A DNA stretch of 64,000 nt from a virus (Duplodnaviria > Heunggongvirae > Uroviricota > Caudoviricetes): IMG/VR virus record IMGVR_UViG_3300042922_001018, one strand, 5' to 3'. A program made the translations under genes and the position numbers. The notes under the pieces were generated by a model. That model worked only from the letters and a program-made list of their open reading frames with translations, was not told where the DNA came from and searched no databases. Positions 1-10,074 of this stretch are shown in pieces. How positions within the stretch are numbered: position 1 is the stretch's first letter; each line of letters opens with the position of its first letter.

Positions 1-95
1 GACGGTTCCACACCTCGACATCCTTGTCGTCTTCGATGCGGTTCCAGTTGATAGCCTGCGTGGTCAAGAGTGATTCTCCAAGTCAAAGGTGGGGG

Positions 96-1571
96 TTACT
101 GCTCGAAAGAGCGACCGTCTACCAGTGTAGCAGGCTCCTCCGGCTTAGGCGTGACCAGTGGGATACGGACACCCTTCCACATGCTCCAGAGCCGCAGAGC
201 GCCCCACGCAGCGGCAGCAATGCCCAGTCCGAATACCGACCACATGATGATGTCCACCGGCACTTCGCCAGCTCGAACGTAACGTGCGTCAGTCCCCGTG
301 TTCGGAGCGTAGTAAACGGTCACGGACTCGCCCACCTTCACCGGGCATGCTGTATTCAGTTCGTGAAGCTTCAAGGCGAGCACCTCGAATGACCCGAAGC
401 CCGTAGCAACTTCGACTGTGGGATGGCAGTAACCGTCCACGTCCATGTTCAGCTCACGGACAACAGCCGCTGCCCGCTGCTCGCCGGATTGGACTGCTCC
501 CCCGGCAGGAGTCGGGTCGAGAAGCGCGGGGACCGCGAACAACCCGCTGAGGGCTAGGACGAGACCCACCGCGACGGCGATGAGACCAGACCTCGCGCCC
601 CTCTGCGTCAAGCGTGCGACCCAGGTGCCGCTCTGGAGACTCTTCGCTGCCCGCTCGCGCGGCTGCCTCTCTTCGACGTTCCGTTCGAGCAGCGGTTCAG
701 TGGAACGCGCCTTCGTCTTCTCGCGCTTGACCCGCTTCGGCTTCCGAGTCGGCTCTTTCACGCCGAGCACAGTATCGAAATCGTCATCGGGTGGTGTGTC
801 AGCCGTCGGCGTGTCCCATACCGACGTGTCTACGAGAACCGAGTCTTCCATGTCCGGCTTCGGCATCCTGAAAGCGGGAAGCTCTTCTGACGGGAAGGTA
901 GGCGCCTGCGTCGCAATCGGCTCGCTGACGGTCGGGATTGGCGCCAAGACAGTCGGAAAAGCATCTGTCTCAGTCGGCGTGGGAGGGGCTACAGTCGGGT
1001 ACGTCGGAGCTGCCGTAGGCACCGCTGGAGTCTCAACTACCGGTGCTGCCATACGCGCCGCCTCGTCTGCGAACACCTGGCTAGCGGCAGCGTGGACAGC
1101 CTTCGCATCGTCCGACCATCCCTCGCGCGCCTCTGCGGCGACTTCTGCGAAGGGGCGAGCGCCGGTAACTTCTCGCTCTTCCGGGGTCACCTGGAGAGCG
1201 GCGTAGAGGTCATCTACCGGCGCCGGAGTCTCCGGTTCCGGGCTGTCGAAGACATACGGGTGGGGCATGTCCTGCGGGTCAACCGGCTCTACTAGAGTCC
1301 CGTCCCCGAGCGCGAATCCTCCCTCATCGGCTCCCGCCTCGATTGAGGTCTCAGGCGCCGGAAGATGCGTGGGACGCTCCTGCCGTGCATCCCACAGAGG
1401 TGCTGCCATCGCAACGCCTTCATGCTGACGAGCGCGGAGTTCACGGCGCGACAAAGGCTGCTCCGGCTGTGCGACAGACTTCTCCATCGTCTCGCCGGTC
1501 CAACGCGCGCCATCCCAAAACGCCAGCTTCGAGGGGTCGTCAGGGGAGGGATACCATCCAGGCTGGGGCAT
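96..1571 (-). CDS. DUF2510-like N-terminal motif membrane protein
   Basis: N-terminal PGWYPSPDDP..FWDGARWT motif, long Pro/Thr/acidic linker, two hydrophobic TM segments. Paralogous to the adjacent gene (DxDGYCxP motif). Confidence 0.7.
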   Translation of the reverse strand: MPQPGWYPSPDDPSKLAFWDGARWTGETMEKSVAQPEQPLSRRELRARQHEGVAMAAPLWDARQERPTHLPAPETSIEAGADEGGFALGDGTLVEPVDPQDMPHPYVFDSPEPETPAPVDDLYAALQVTPEEREVTGARPFAEVAAEAREGWSDDAKAVHAAASQVFADEAARMAAPVVETPAVPTAAPTYPTVAPPTPTETDAFPTVLAPIPTVSEPIATQAPTFPSEELPAFRMPKPDMEDSVLVDTSVWDTPTADTPPDDDFDTVLGVKEPTRKPKRVKREKTKARSTEPLLERNVEERQPRERAAKSLQSGTWVARLTQRGARSGLIAVAVGLVLALSGLFAVPALLDPTPAGGAVQSGEQRAAAVVRELNMDVDGYCHPTVEVATGFGSFEVLALKLHELNTACPVKVGESVTVYYAPNTGTDARYVRAGEVPVDIIMWSVFGLGIAAAAWGALRLWSMWKGVRIPLVTPKPEEPATLVDGRSFEQ

Positions 1572-1596
1572 GAGACATATCTTAGCCTATCGGTGA

Positions 1597-2406
1597 CTAC
1601 TCGACGGAACTCTCCTGCTCGCGCTCACGCGCTTCCTGGGCCGTCTTCCGCTTGCGTAGACCCAAAACGAGTAGCACGCTGCCGCCCGCAATGACGCCCA
1701 GCTTCATGAGAAGTTGGAAGACGCCGCCGATAGCAAGAAGGACACCAGCCCCAACGAAGACCCACCGGAACAAGTCAATCATACCCGCGGCGGACTGCTT
1801 CATTTCATCGGCGGAAGCCGTGGACAGTCGCACCGAAGAAGGGAACCCTGGCGCGTAGTAAACCCCGACCGTTTCGCCGACGGCAAACTCGCACGGTTGG
1901 CTTTTCACAGGCAAGGGCAGAGAAACAATCGTCTCCTCCACAGAAACGTTCGGCTGGCAGTATCCATCCGTGTCGTAACTCATCTCAACAATCTGAACCT
2001 GAGTCTCACGCTCATTCGCTCGTTTCTCGGCTACGTCCATAGCAGAAGCGAACATGCCTGTGATGTTCCATCCGATGAGCGCGAAGACGATACCGAAGAT
2101 GATGCTAGTGATAGCCGACCCGATACCCGGTCGTCGGCCGATGCCTACAACACCGTCAGCGATAGCGGCACCGCCTGCCACTGCCATTGCAGTGCCCTGG
2201 TTCTTCTCATCCGCAGCGAACTCTTTCGCTCGACCGATTAGGCCGTCGATAAGTCCTTCGCCCCCACCAGAGTTCCATACCGAACCCGGCTGCGGCATGG
2301 GGACAGATTGGGGTGCAGCGACAGGAGAACCAACCCACTGCACACCGTCGTAATACATCAGCTTCGTTGGGTCAGACGGGAGTGGGTACCAACCGGCTTC
2401 GGCCAT
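1597..2406 (-). CDS. DUF2510-like membrane protein
   Basis: AGWYPLPSDP..YYDGVQW N-terminus, TM helices, shares DTDGYCQP / VGExVxVYYAP with 96-1571. Confidence 0.7.
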   Translation of the reverse strand: MAEAGWYPLPSDPTKLMYYDGVQWVGSPVAAPQSVPMPQPGSVWNSGGGEGLIDGLIGRAKEFAADEKNQGTAMAVAGGAAIADGVVGIGRRPGIGSAITSIIFGIVFALIGWNITGMFASAMDVAEKRANERETQVQIVEMSYDTDGYCQPNVSVEETIVSLPLPVKSQPCEFAVGETVGVYYAPGFPSSVRLSTASADEMKQSAAGMIDLFRWVFVGAGVLLAIGGVFQLLMKLGVIAGGSVLLVLGLRKRKTAQEAREREQESSVE

Positions 2407-2509
2407 GCTAATCCTTTGTTCGCGAGCGTTCCCGCCCAGGGACTATCGTACCGGATACGGCGTCCGCGCTTGATTTGCTTTCTGGGAGTAACCTGTATAC
2501 ACTGAGGCT

Positions 2510-3412
2510 ATGCTCAGATTACTCGCTGCCATCGCGTGCTCCTTCGTGACCGTCCTGGTCCTCGGAGTCACGGCACCGCTGCCCATCAACCCCGAGACCA
2601 ACATCGTCGTGGCCGACCCGTACCTCGCCGCTGAAGAAGAAATTCAGACCTACTTCGACGCAGCGCAGGATGGATTCGCTGCGTCGGTGCAGACCGAACT
2701 CGCGAAGCTCGACGGAGACAAGGGAAAAGCGAACACCGCCGTTATCGACGAGCTGGCTGCCAATGCGAGAACGGCTGCCGATGCAGCGGAGCCTTTCGGC
2801 CCGTTCGACCACATGTATATGACTACTGTGGCGCACCCCATGAACTCGGCTCCATCCATCGTCGAGCAGAAAGCCGCCATCGACGCGAAGGTCGATGAAG
2901 CACTGAAGCCGGTCGTTGATGCGGTCGCCGCATGGCAGACGGAAGTTGCCGCCGAGAACGAGCGTATCCGTGCCGCGGAGGCGGAGACCGCTCGCGTAGC
3001 TGCGGAGGCAGAAGCAGCCCGAGTTGCCGCAGCTCAGCGCGCAACGTCTTCACCGAGTCCTTCCGGCCGCTCCGGAGGAACGAGTCAGTCCACTGCTCCA
3101 GCACCGCAGGCATCTGGTGGCGAGTCGGCAGACGCACGCATCCAGCGTCTCATGGGGCGTGCCGGGGTTTCCTTCAGCTACGCCATCGCTGACTGCGGTA
3201 TCGCGAATGCTCTCGGCTGCTACAACAGCAACGGCATGATTTACTTCACGCAGCGTGGTCTCCGCGACGACTGCACCATCATGCGCGTCATCACCCACGA
3301 GTACCGTCACCTTCAGCAGCACCGCCAGGGTCTCATCCAGGTGGACGCTAACGGCCAGGTCACGAACCGTGACTGGCTCGAAGCGGACGCGAACGCCCAT
3401 ACCTACTGCTAG
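2510..3412 (+). CDS. Secreted protein with C-terminal zincin-like HExxH domain
   Basis: Signal-like N-terminus, Ala-rich coiled region, Ser/Pro linker, HEYRH plus downstream E. Leaderless TACACT-N6-ATG at 2498-2503. Confidence 0.7.
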   Translation: MLRLLAAIACSFVTVLVLGVTAPLPINPETNIVVADPYLAAEEEIQTYFDAAQDGFAASVQTELAKLDGDKGKANTAVIDELAANARTAADAAEPFGPFDHMYMTTVAHPMNSAPSIVEQKAAIDAKVDEALKPVVDAVAAWQTEVAAENERIRAAEAETARVAAEAEAARVAAAQRATSSPSPSGRSGGTSQSTAPAPQASGGESADARIQRLMGRAGVSFSYAIADCGIANALGCYNSNGMIYFTQRGLRDDCTIMRVITHEYRHLQQHRQGLIQVDANGQVTNRDWLEADANAHTYC

Positions 3413-3419
3413 GAGTGAG

Positions 3420-4241
3420 TCAGGGGAGCGCTGCCGAGGACAAGTTGACCTCCGGCGGCGCTCCCGTTTTCGGGGCGAACGAACCAGACGTAGAAGCGGC
3501 CGTAGTCTTACGACGCTCAGATGCCTTCACGGCGGATGCGGTCGCCGACTTCTTCGGAGCGGGAATCTTCACCCTGTCGATGAACTCCAGTTCTGATGCA
3601 GCACGCGTCGTCGCATCAGAAGCGCGGGTGCTAGGGCGACCCCAACTGAGCCGTGACTCCCGCTGCGCCTGCTCACGCGCTTCTTCTACACGCTTGGCGC
3701 CCTGGTCGATGACCTTCTGGCGGCACTCCCGCGCGTACTCCGCTAGTTCGGGGCGACGTTTCAGAACCTCAGCGACATCCTTCCTCTCTGCCGCGTCATG
3801 CGTAGCAGAGAACGTCGATACCTTCAGCGTCTTAGAATCGTAAGGGCGCTGCGTGAAGTAGAACCGGGAGATTGTCGCGCGGTCCTTGTAGTCGGCGATT
3901 GCCGCCGCAGACACACCACGGGCATACCCTCCGCCAGCGGCACAGGCGACAGCCATCTCATCGAATCGCGGAGCGATAGGCGCCTCGTCCGCCCATGCGC
4001 TCGAACCGAACGGATACGTGGACTGACCGCCGGGATTGGCACCGTTCCATGCCCGCTCCGCTTCCTCTTCGGTAGCGTGTCCTACCGAGACCCAGTTGAA
4101 GCTGTCCTGGTCGTACTCGACATCCCATTCATCGTCGTAGTCCTCATCGCTGGGGTCACCCGTCGAATAGAACGAGTAGAACCCTCGGCCCCACGTACCG
4201 TCCTCGGACTGCCATACGACGTTCTCGCGATTCTTGGACAT
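3420..4241 (-). CDS. Hypothetical protein with C-terminal copy of the leader tag (GSFAPKTGAPPEVNL)
   Basis: Start MSKNREN lies 7 nt after CCGCCTACA. C-terminus matches the second half of the family tag. Confidence 0.75.
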   Translation of the reverse strand: MSKNRENVVWQSEDGTWGRGFYSFYSTGDPSDEDYDDEWDVEYDQDSFNWVSVGHATEEEAERAWNGANPGGQSTYPFGSSAWADEAPIAPRFDEMAVACAAGGGYARGVSAAAIADYKDRATISRFYFTQRPYDSKTLKVSTFSATHDAAERKDVAEVLKRRPELAEYARECRQKVIDQGAKRVEEAREQAQRESRLSWGRPSTRASDATTRAASELEFIDRVKIPAPKKSATASAVKASERRKTTAASTSGSFAPKTGAPPEVNLSSAALP

Positions 4242-4248
4242 ACCTGCT

Positions 4249-4257
4249 TGTAGGCGG
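4249..4257 (-). promoter_or_regulatory. CCGCCTACA element (N7 to ATG 4241)
   Basis: Exact motif, fixed spacing. Confidence 0.8.
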
Positions 4258-4305
4258 AATGACGAAGGCCCACACACCAGAACAGTGTGCGGGCCTTCGT
4301 CATTC
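4257..4305 (-). terminator. Hairpin downstream of nrdE
   Basis: 15-bp inverted repeat gaatgacgaaggccc/gggccttcgtcattc. Confidence 0.65.
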
Positions 4306-4310
4306 GATGC

Positions 4311-6473
4311 TCAGAGCGTGCAGGAGACGCACTCCGAAACGTCGGTGCCTTCCAGAGCCATCTGGCGCAGGCGGATGTAGTAGATGGTCTTGATGCCCTT
4401 CTTCCACGCGTAAATCTGTGCGCGGTTGATGTCACGGGTCGTAGCCGTGTCCTTGAAGAACAGCGTCAGCGAGAGACCCTGGTCCACGTGCTCGGTCGCC
4501 GCCGCGTACACGTCGATGACCTTCTCGTATCCCAGCTCGTACGCGTCCTCGAAGAACTCCAGGTTCGTGTTGTCCATGCCCGGCGCCGGGTAGTAGACAC
4601 GACCCAGCTTGCCTTCCTTGCGAATCTCCACCTTCGAGGTGATGGGGTGAATCGAGGAGGTGGAGCCGTTGATGTACGAGATGGAACCCGTCGGCGGGAC
4701 GGCCTGGAGGTAGGCGTTGTAGATGCCGTGCTCCATGACCGAGTCCTTCAGGGCCACCCAGTCAGCCTTCGACGGCAGCTTGACACCGTGCTTCTTGAAG
4801 ACTGCCTTCGCCTCGTCCGTCTTCGGCGCCCACGAGCGAGTCGTGTACTTGTCGAAGAACGTACCGTCCGCGTACTGCGACTTCTCGAACTCGAAGAACT
4901 TGACCCCGCGCTCGATGGCCAGCTTGTTCGAAGCCTTGATGGCATAGAACGCGATGGCCGCGAAGTACGAGGACACGAAGTCGATGGACTCCGGGGAGCC
5001 GTAGTGGATGCGCTCGCGTCCGAGGAAGCCGTGCAGGTTCATCTGGCCGAGGCCGATGGCGTGGCTTGCCTCGTTGCCCTTCGCGATGGAAGGTACCGAC
5101 TCGATGTCCGACATGTCGGACACTGCCGTGAGAGCGCGGACCGACGTGTCCACGACCTTCTCCAGGTCACCGAAGTCCATCGCCGCGGCGATGTTCAGCG
5201 AGCCGAGGTTGCAGGAGATGTCCCGGCCGATGTGCTGGTAGCCGAGGTTCTGGCGGTACGTCGAAGCGGTCGAGACCTGAAGAATCTCCGAGCAGAGGTT
5301 CGACTGGATGACACGGCCCGCGATGGGGTTCGCGTTGTTGACGGTGTCCTCGAACATGATGTACGGGTAGCCCGACTCGAACTGAAGCTCCGCGAGAGTC
5401 TGGAAGAAGCCGCGCGCCTTGCCACGGAACTTCGTCTTCTTGATGCGGTTGTCGTCCACCATCTCGCGGTACTTCTCGGTCACCGAGATTTCCGAGAACG
5501 GCTTGTTGTAGACCTTCTCCACGTCGTACGGCGAGAAGAGGTACATCTCCTCGTCGTTCTTCGCCAGCTCGAACGCGATGTCCGGAACGACGACGCCGAG
5601 CGACAGCGTCTTGATGCGGATTTTCTCGTCCGCGTTCTCACGCTTCGTGTCGAGGAAGCGCTCGATGTCCGGGTGGTTCGCGTGCAGGTAGACCGCGCCC
5701 GCACCCTGACGCGCACCGAGCTGGTTCGCGTAGCTGAAGCTGTCTTCGAACAGCTTCATGACGGGGACAACGCCGGAAGACTGGTTCTCAATCTTCTTGA
5801 TGGGGGCGCCCGCCTCGCGGAGGTTGGTGAGCGCGAACGCGACACCGCCGCCACGCTTCGAGAGCTGGAGCGCCGCGTTGATGGAACGCGAGATGGACTC
5901 CATGTTGTCTTCCATGCGCAGCAGGAAGCAGGAGACCAGCTCACCGCGCTGCGCCTTGCCCGCGTTCAGGAACGTCGGGGTCGCGGGCTGGTAGGCGCCG
6001 GAGACCATGATGTCAGCGATGCTCTCGGCGAGTTCCTGGTTGCCCTCAGCGAGGTACAGAGCGGCGACCGCGATGCGGTCCTCGTAGCGCTCCAGGTAGG
6101 CTTCGCCGTCGAACGTCTTCAGCGCGTAGCTCGTGTAGAACTTGAACGCGCCGAGGAACGTGGAGAACCGAGGCTTCGCGGCGTAGACGCGCTTGTACAG
6201 GCTCTTGACGAACTCGAACGGGTACTGGTCGAAGACCGCCCGCTCGTAGTAGTCGTTGTCGAAGAGGTAGTTGAGCTTCTCCTCCAGCGAGTACGTGGTG
6301 TACAGCTTGCGGTTGACGTGCTGAAGGAAATACTGGCGGGCAGCTTCCTTGTCCTTCGCGAACTGAATCTTCCCGTCCGTGCCCCAGAGGTTCAGCATCG
6401 CGTTCAGCTCATGGAACGACTGCTCCGAAACGCGCATTGACTCTTGGGTCGGCACCTGGGTAGAGGTGGTCAT
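4311..6473 (-). CDS. nrdE: Class Ib ribonucleotide reductase alpha subunit
   Basis: [37 protein letters not shown] and C-terminal CVSC motifs. RBS AGAAAGGA before ATG 6473. Confidence 0.97.
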   Translation of the reverse strand: MTTSTQVPTQESMRVSEQSFHELNAMLNLWGTDGKIQFAKDKEAARQYFLQHVNRKLYTTYSLEEKLNYLFDNDYYERAVFDQYPFEFVKSLYKRVYAAKPRFSTFLGAFKFYTSYALKTFDGEAYLERYEDRIAVAALYLAEGNQELAESIADIMVSGAYQPATPTFLNAGKAQRGELVSCFLLRMEDNMESISRSINAALQLSKRGGGVAFALTNLREAGAPIKKIENQSSGVVPVMKLFEDSFSYANQLGARQGAGAVYLHANHPDIERFLDTKRENADEKIRIKTLSLGVVVPDIAFELAKNDEEMYLFSPYDVEKVYNKPFSEISVTEKYREMVDDNRIKKTKFRGKARGFFQTLAELQFESGYPYIMFEDTVNNANPIAGRVIQSNLCSEILQVSTASTYRQNLGYQHIGRDISCNLGSLNIAAAMDFGDLEKVVDTSVRALTAVSDMSDIESVPSIAKGNEASHAIGLGQMNLHGFLGRERIHYGSPESIDFVSSYFAAIAFYAIKASNKLAIERGVKFFEFEKSQYADGTFFDKYTTRSWAPKTDEAKAVFKKHGVKLPSKADWVALKDSVMEHGIYNAYLQAVPPTGSISYINGSTSSIHPITSKVEIRKEGKLGRVYYPAPGMDNTNLEFFEDAYELGYEKVIDVYAAATEHVDQGLSLTLFFKDTATTRDINRAQIYAWKKGIKTIYYIRLRQMALEGTDVSECVSCTL

Positions 6474-6493
6474 GGTGTCCTTTCTCGTGCTCA

Positions 6494-7177
6494 TCACACT
6501 GTCTTCTTCGTGGTTGTCCGACGTTTGGCCGTCGAGGTCTGGGTTTGTCCGTCCGGCCCGTCAGGAGCCTGGAGAGGCGACACTGTCACTACCCCGGAGA
6601 CGAGAATCCCGTGAGAATCATGGTCTCCTGACGCTACGAAGTAACTCGGAGCGGTGAGTACCTGTAGGCGGCTGTCCGTCTTCTTCGGAACGTACGGCGC
6701 GACCTTCATCACAAGTTCAATCCACCGCAAGCGAGGCTTCGGTGGAGCACTATTCTCGTCTTCGTCTACCCTACCACTGACCTCGCCAGAGCCGAACTCA
6801 GGTGCCCAGAAAAGCCCGTCATTCCACCGAAGTTGGCCAGCAGGAACCCATCCAGCGGCGTGACCGGCACCTTTGAGGTCCAACCCGGTGCCCACTATCC
6901 GTGGGTCTGGGTCGGGCACCTTGACAACGCCGGATACTGCAACAGGCATCGTAGCGGGAAGCAGATAGGTCGCGCGATTGGTGGTGACCGCAACGATGTC
7001 CGACTCCACCTCCTGCACGGAATACTGCTCACACTCCGCCGGACCGTCCTCATCGAAAGATAGCACCGGCTGCCCGCCCAACTCGTCAATGAGAACTGGG
7101 GTACCGATTGACTGCCGAGTCAGCCCCATCTCCTCCGACTCTTCTTCAGCTACCGGCACGAGAGCGTAGTGAGACAT
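6494..7177 (-). CDS. Hypothetical protein between nrdI and nrdE
   Basis: Translationally coupled to nrdI (TGATG overlap). Confidence 0.6.
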   Translation of the reverse strand: MSHYALVPVAEEESEEMGLTRQSIGTPVLIDELGGQPVLSFDEDGPAECEQYSVQEVESDIVAVTTNRATYLLPATMPVAVSGVVKVPDPDPRIVGTGLDLKGAGHAAGWVPAGQLRWNDGLFWAPEFGSGEVSGRVDEDENSAPPKPRLRWIELVMKVAPYVPKKTDSRLQVLTAPSYFVASGDHDSHGILVSGVVTVSPLQAPDGPDGQTQTSTAKRRTTTKKTV

Positions 7178-7578
7178 CAGGCTCCTTCATCCAAGCCGAT
7201 AGACGCGAGGAACCGAGCAAGCCCCTGGCGGACATTCGCCACGTCTTCAGGGGTGCCCATCAGCTCGAACTTGTAGAGCAAGGGAACGCCGTACCGCATC
7301 GAAATGCTCTTCGCTGCCTTGCAATAGTCCTCGCCGAAGTTCGTGTTCCCCGCACCGATGACACCACGAATGAGCGAGGCGTTAGCTCCCGTGTCGAGGA
7401 ATCTCTCTACCTGCTTCGGCAGCTCCCCTCCACCGTACGAGGGAGTGACCAGGACGTACTGCTCAGCCATCTCCGGCTGGGTACCACGAAGGGCGACGGC
7501 GGTTGATGGCAGACCGACTTTCTCCATGAAGCGCTTGGTGTTCTCCGAAGCGCTGGAGAAGTAGACGACGGTGGGCAT
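7177..7578 (-). CDS. nrdI: Flavodoxin-like NrdI
   Basis: VYFSSASENTKRF, TPSYGGG, GAGNTNFG, FELMGT motifs. Leaderless TAGGCT-N7-ATG. Confidence 0.95.
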   Translation of the reverse strand: MPTVVYFSSASENTKRFMEKVGLPSTAVALRGTQPEMAEQYVLVTPSYGGGELPKQVERFLDTGANASLIRGVIGAGNTNFGEDYCKAAKSISMRYGVPLLYKFELMGTPEDVANVRQGLARFLASIGLDEGA

Positions 7579-7614
7579 GAGGACTAGCCTACCACCGGCT
7601 ACGTAGAACAGGGG

Positions 7615-7866
7615 TCAGACGACGACAACCTGCGGAGAGATGAGTGAACGAAGTTCGTCGAGGAGGTTGTCCACGACGCTCAGGAGGTCCATCTCCCGAT
7701 ACTGCGCCCCGTAGTCGGCGGGCACATCTCGATAGTCGGACATGTAGTCGGCGAGTCGAGAGTCGTCATCGAAGATGACCGTCATGTTGTTCGACTCGTC
7801 CACCACTGTGTACATGCCCAGTTCAATCTCGGGCGCGCTGCTCACGCTGATGCTCATGTCTCCCAT
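7615..7866 (-). CDS. Small acidic hypothetical protein
   Basis: ORF fills the gap with coding-like codon usage. Confidence 0.55.
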   Translation of the reverse strand: MGDMSISVSSAPEIELGMYTVVDESNNMTVIFDDDSRLADYMSDYRDVPADYGAQYREMDLLSVVDNLLDELRSLISPQVVVV

Positions 7867-7884
7867 GATACCGGCGACCTTCCG

Positions 7885-8958
7885 TTAAGCCGACTCAGGA
7901 GAGACCAGCGGGGACTTCACGTTTCGCCAGCGCCGAGAACCGAGCAGCTCACGCACTGTACGCGCAACCTTCTCACCCGTTTTCTGGACGACCGTCGGGT
8001 CATCCTTCTGGACGTTGGCCCACCCCGCGACGTAACGGCCGCTGCGGTCACCACCGGCAGCCTGCATACCGTTCGAGCGCATGAGGACATAAGCGATGGA
8101 CTCGGCCTCAACCTCCATCGCGCCACGCTGGCCTACGCCGCCGTGCTTGCTGCCCGTGTGGTACTCGTCCATGCGGTCTTCGTGTCCGGCAGCGATGTGG
8201 CCGAGTTCGTGAGCCAGGGTGCGCGCGCGTTCAGCCGGGGACAGTTCTTCGCTGATTTCGACGGTCTTGCCCCTGAAGCTGGTTGCCCCTTGCACAGAGC
8301 TGAGGCGATGCTGCGGGACGTAGGAAACCTTGAAGCCACGGCTTTCGATAGCGGCGGTCAGGTCTTCGGAGAATCCCTCTGGGGCATCTTCGGACAGCTC
8401 GGTGTACACGTCGAGGTTGAGCGGCTCGCCGGAAGTCTGCTTGATGTCGAAGGTCGGTACAGGCTTGAAACCGATGACTTGGTCGCGCGTCACAGGCTTG
8501 CCCTTCGCATCGCGCTTCACATTACCGGCGGCGTCCTTGTCTTCCACCTTCTTGATGAGGGGCGCCTGGATGCGGTAGCCAGTCGAACCTTTGCGAGGGA
8601 ATCGGCCCAGCTCCTTCCACTTCGACGCCGCCATGCAGAACTCAGCGGTGCCCTTGGACTGGATGCCGATGAGAAGCTGGTTCGTGAACGAGTAGTTGGG
8701 CTGTCGGGAGACCGCTTCCAGGTACCGGTTCCACTCCTCGTCGTTTTCGAGACGCTTCACTGCGCTCTCGATTTCGGAGACGTAGACCTCGGTGCGGTCC
8801 TTGAAGGTCTCGTACTTGACGACGAACTTGTTGTCCGGGCCGAGCTGAATCTCCTCCAGCGGAACGCCAGTGTCCAGCGTTACTTCGGGGGCGGCGCCGA
8901 GCTTCTCAGCGAACTTGCCATCGGTGGCACGTGGGTGCTCAATCTCTTCGAAACTCAT
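7885..8958 (-). CDS. Tagged ArdC-like ssDNA-binding / zincin metallopeptidase protein
   Basis: Leader tag, then YSFTNQLLI..W..LGR..RKG..I.AP (ArdC-N) and HELGH..EVEAES (zincin). Confidence 0.85.
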   Translation of the reverse strand: MSFEEIEHPRATDGKFAEKLGAAPEVTLDTGVPLEEIQLGPDNKFVVKYETFKDRTEVYVSEIESAVKRLENDEEWNRYLEAVSRQPNYSFTNQLLIGIQSKGTAEFCMAASKWKELGRFPRKGSTGYRIQAPLIKKVEDKDAAGNVKRDAKGKPVTRDQVIGFKPVPTFDIKQTSGEPLNLDVYTELSEDAPEGFSEDLTAAIESRGFKVSYVPQHRLSSVQGATSFRGKTVEISEELSPAERARTLAHELGHIAAGHEDRMDEYHTGSKHGGVGQRGAMEVEAESIAYVLMRSNGMQAAGGDRSGRYVAGWANVQKDDPTVVQKTGEKVARTVRELLGSRRWRNVKSPLVSPESA

Positions 8959-8965
8959 GCCCGGC

Positions 8966-8974
8966 TGTAGGCGG
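8966..8974 (-). promoter_or_regulatory. CCGCCTACA element (N7 to ATG 8958)
   Basis: Exact motif. Confidence 0.8.
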
Positions 8975-9006
8975 TAGCACCTAACCGGGCATGAGTTCGA
9001 TGAAGC

Positions 9007-10065
9007 TTACGCGCCGTAGACGGGTGCGGCCGGAACCTCTTCGAGAGAAAGCTCTGCGAACGCACCATCCCATGCTTCACGGAACGGCGCGTACTCCGAG
9101 GCGACAGCGTTCAGCACGACGCTCAGGTCATCGGCGATGGTCTCGACAGCTACCCACGCATCTTCCGGAGCCAGCTCAGCGTCCCCTTCGACAATCTCGT
9201 CGATGCTGTCCCGTGCATCCTGCACGATATCGACGACCTGCTCCGCCGGAGCGGGAAGCTCGGCCGCGCCCAGCAGAAGCAGCGACAGCGTAGCGATTTC
9301 GTCTACCTGCTCGATACGGGATGCGAGGTTAGCCTCGTTGTATACCGTGACCTGCATCCGTTCCATCAGACACTCGGCGAAGGAGCAGAACTGCGCTGTC
9401 GTGGCGAGGGGTGTTGCATCCAGCGCGAACTGGAGGGCTTCCGAGTGGAGGTCGATGGCGTTGCCCGCCTCATCAGTGAGTGCGAAGAGAGGGGACAGGT
9501 CGATGTTGTCGAGCACCGGGTCCGACTCCCCTTCCAGCCACGCTCCGAGACGAAGCACCGTGTCAGGCGCTTCGATGTCGATGCCGTGAGCTGCCAGCAC
9601 ATCCATCCAGGAGCCGGTCTCCGGGTCGTACAGACCAGCGGCCCCCAGCTCGGATGCGACGCGCAGTGCCCATTCGTCATCAGTCTCGATGCGCTCTTCG
9701 CCGGGGATACCGTTGTCGATGAGGAAACGAGTGAGAACCATCTCTGGCAACCAGAAGATAGGAAGCCACAGGAGTTCGGAGTTCATCTCGGAGGGCCAGC
9801 GCTGCAACAGGCCCAGGTCGTCTCGTACCGCAAGCGGGAGGGGAACTGCGCACAGAGGCGATGAGACGATGCGGTCACCCGCGAGACCGGTGACTTCCTG
9901 GAACCAGCGCTCGCGTTCGAAGAACGTCACGGGGTCAGCACCCCGGAAGAGAACCAGCGGCTCGCCGGGGTTACCGAATGAGTCGTCGAAGTCCGAGTAC
10001 ACCTCGTCAGAAGCGTTCGGGAACGAGATGGAGACTGTGCGGTAGAGGAAGCCTTCGTGTTGCAT
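9007..10065 (-). CDS. Acidic hypothetical protein adjacent to putative origin
   Basis: Long ORF with coding-like composition. Start uncertain (10065 or 10074). Confidence 0.7.
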   Translation of the reverse strand: MQHEGFLYRTVSISFPNASDEVYSDFDDSFGNPGEPLVLFRGADPVTFFERERWFQEVTGLAGDRIVSSPLCAVPLPLAVRDDLGLLQRWPSEMNSELLWLPIFWLPEMVLTRFLIDNGIPGEERIETDDEWALRVASELGAAGLYDPETGSWMDVLAAHGIDIEAPDTVLRLGAWLEGESDPVLDNIDLSPLFALTDEAGNAIDLHSEALQFALDATPLATTAQFCSFAECLMERMQVTVYNEANLASRIEQVDEIATLSLLLLGAAELPAPAEQVVDIVQDARDSIDEIVEGDAELAPEDAWVAVETIADDLSVVLNAVASEYAPFREAWDGAFAELSLEEVPAAPVYGA

Positions 10066-10074
10066 ACCTTTCAC

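Noticed and set aside
4287-6440. 717-aa + strand ORF (similarly 15037-16944, 55741-57354, 8143-8970, 39573-40679)
   Set aside because: Antisense shadows of real minus-strand genes, expected from high-GC codon bias. They have no motifs or start signals.
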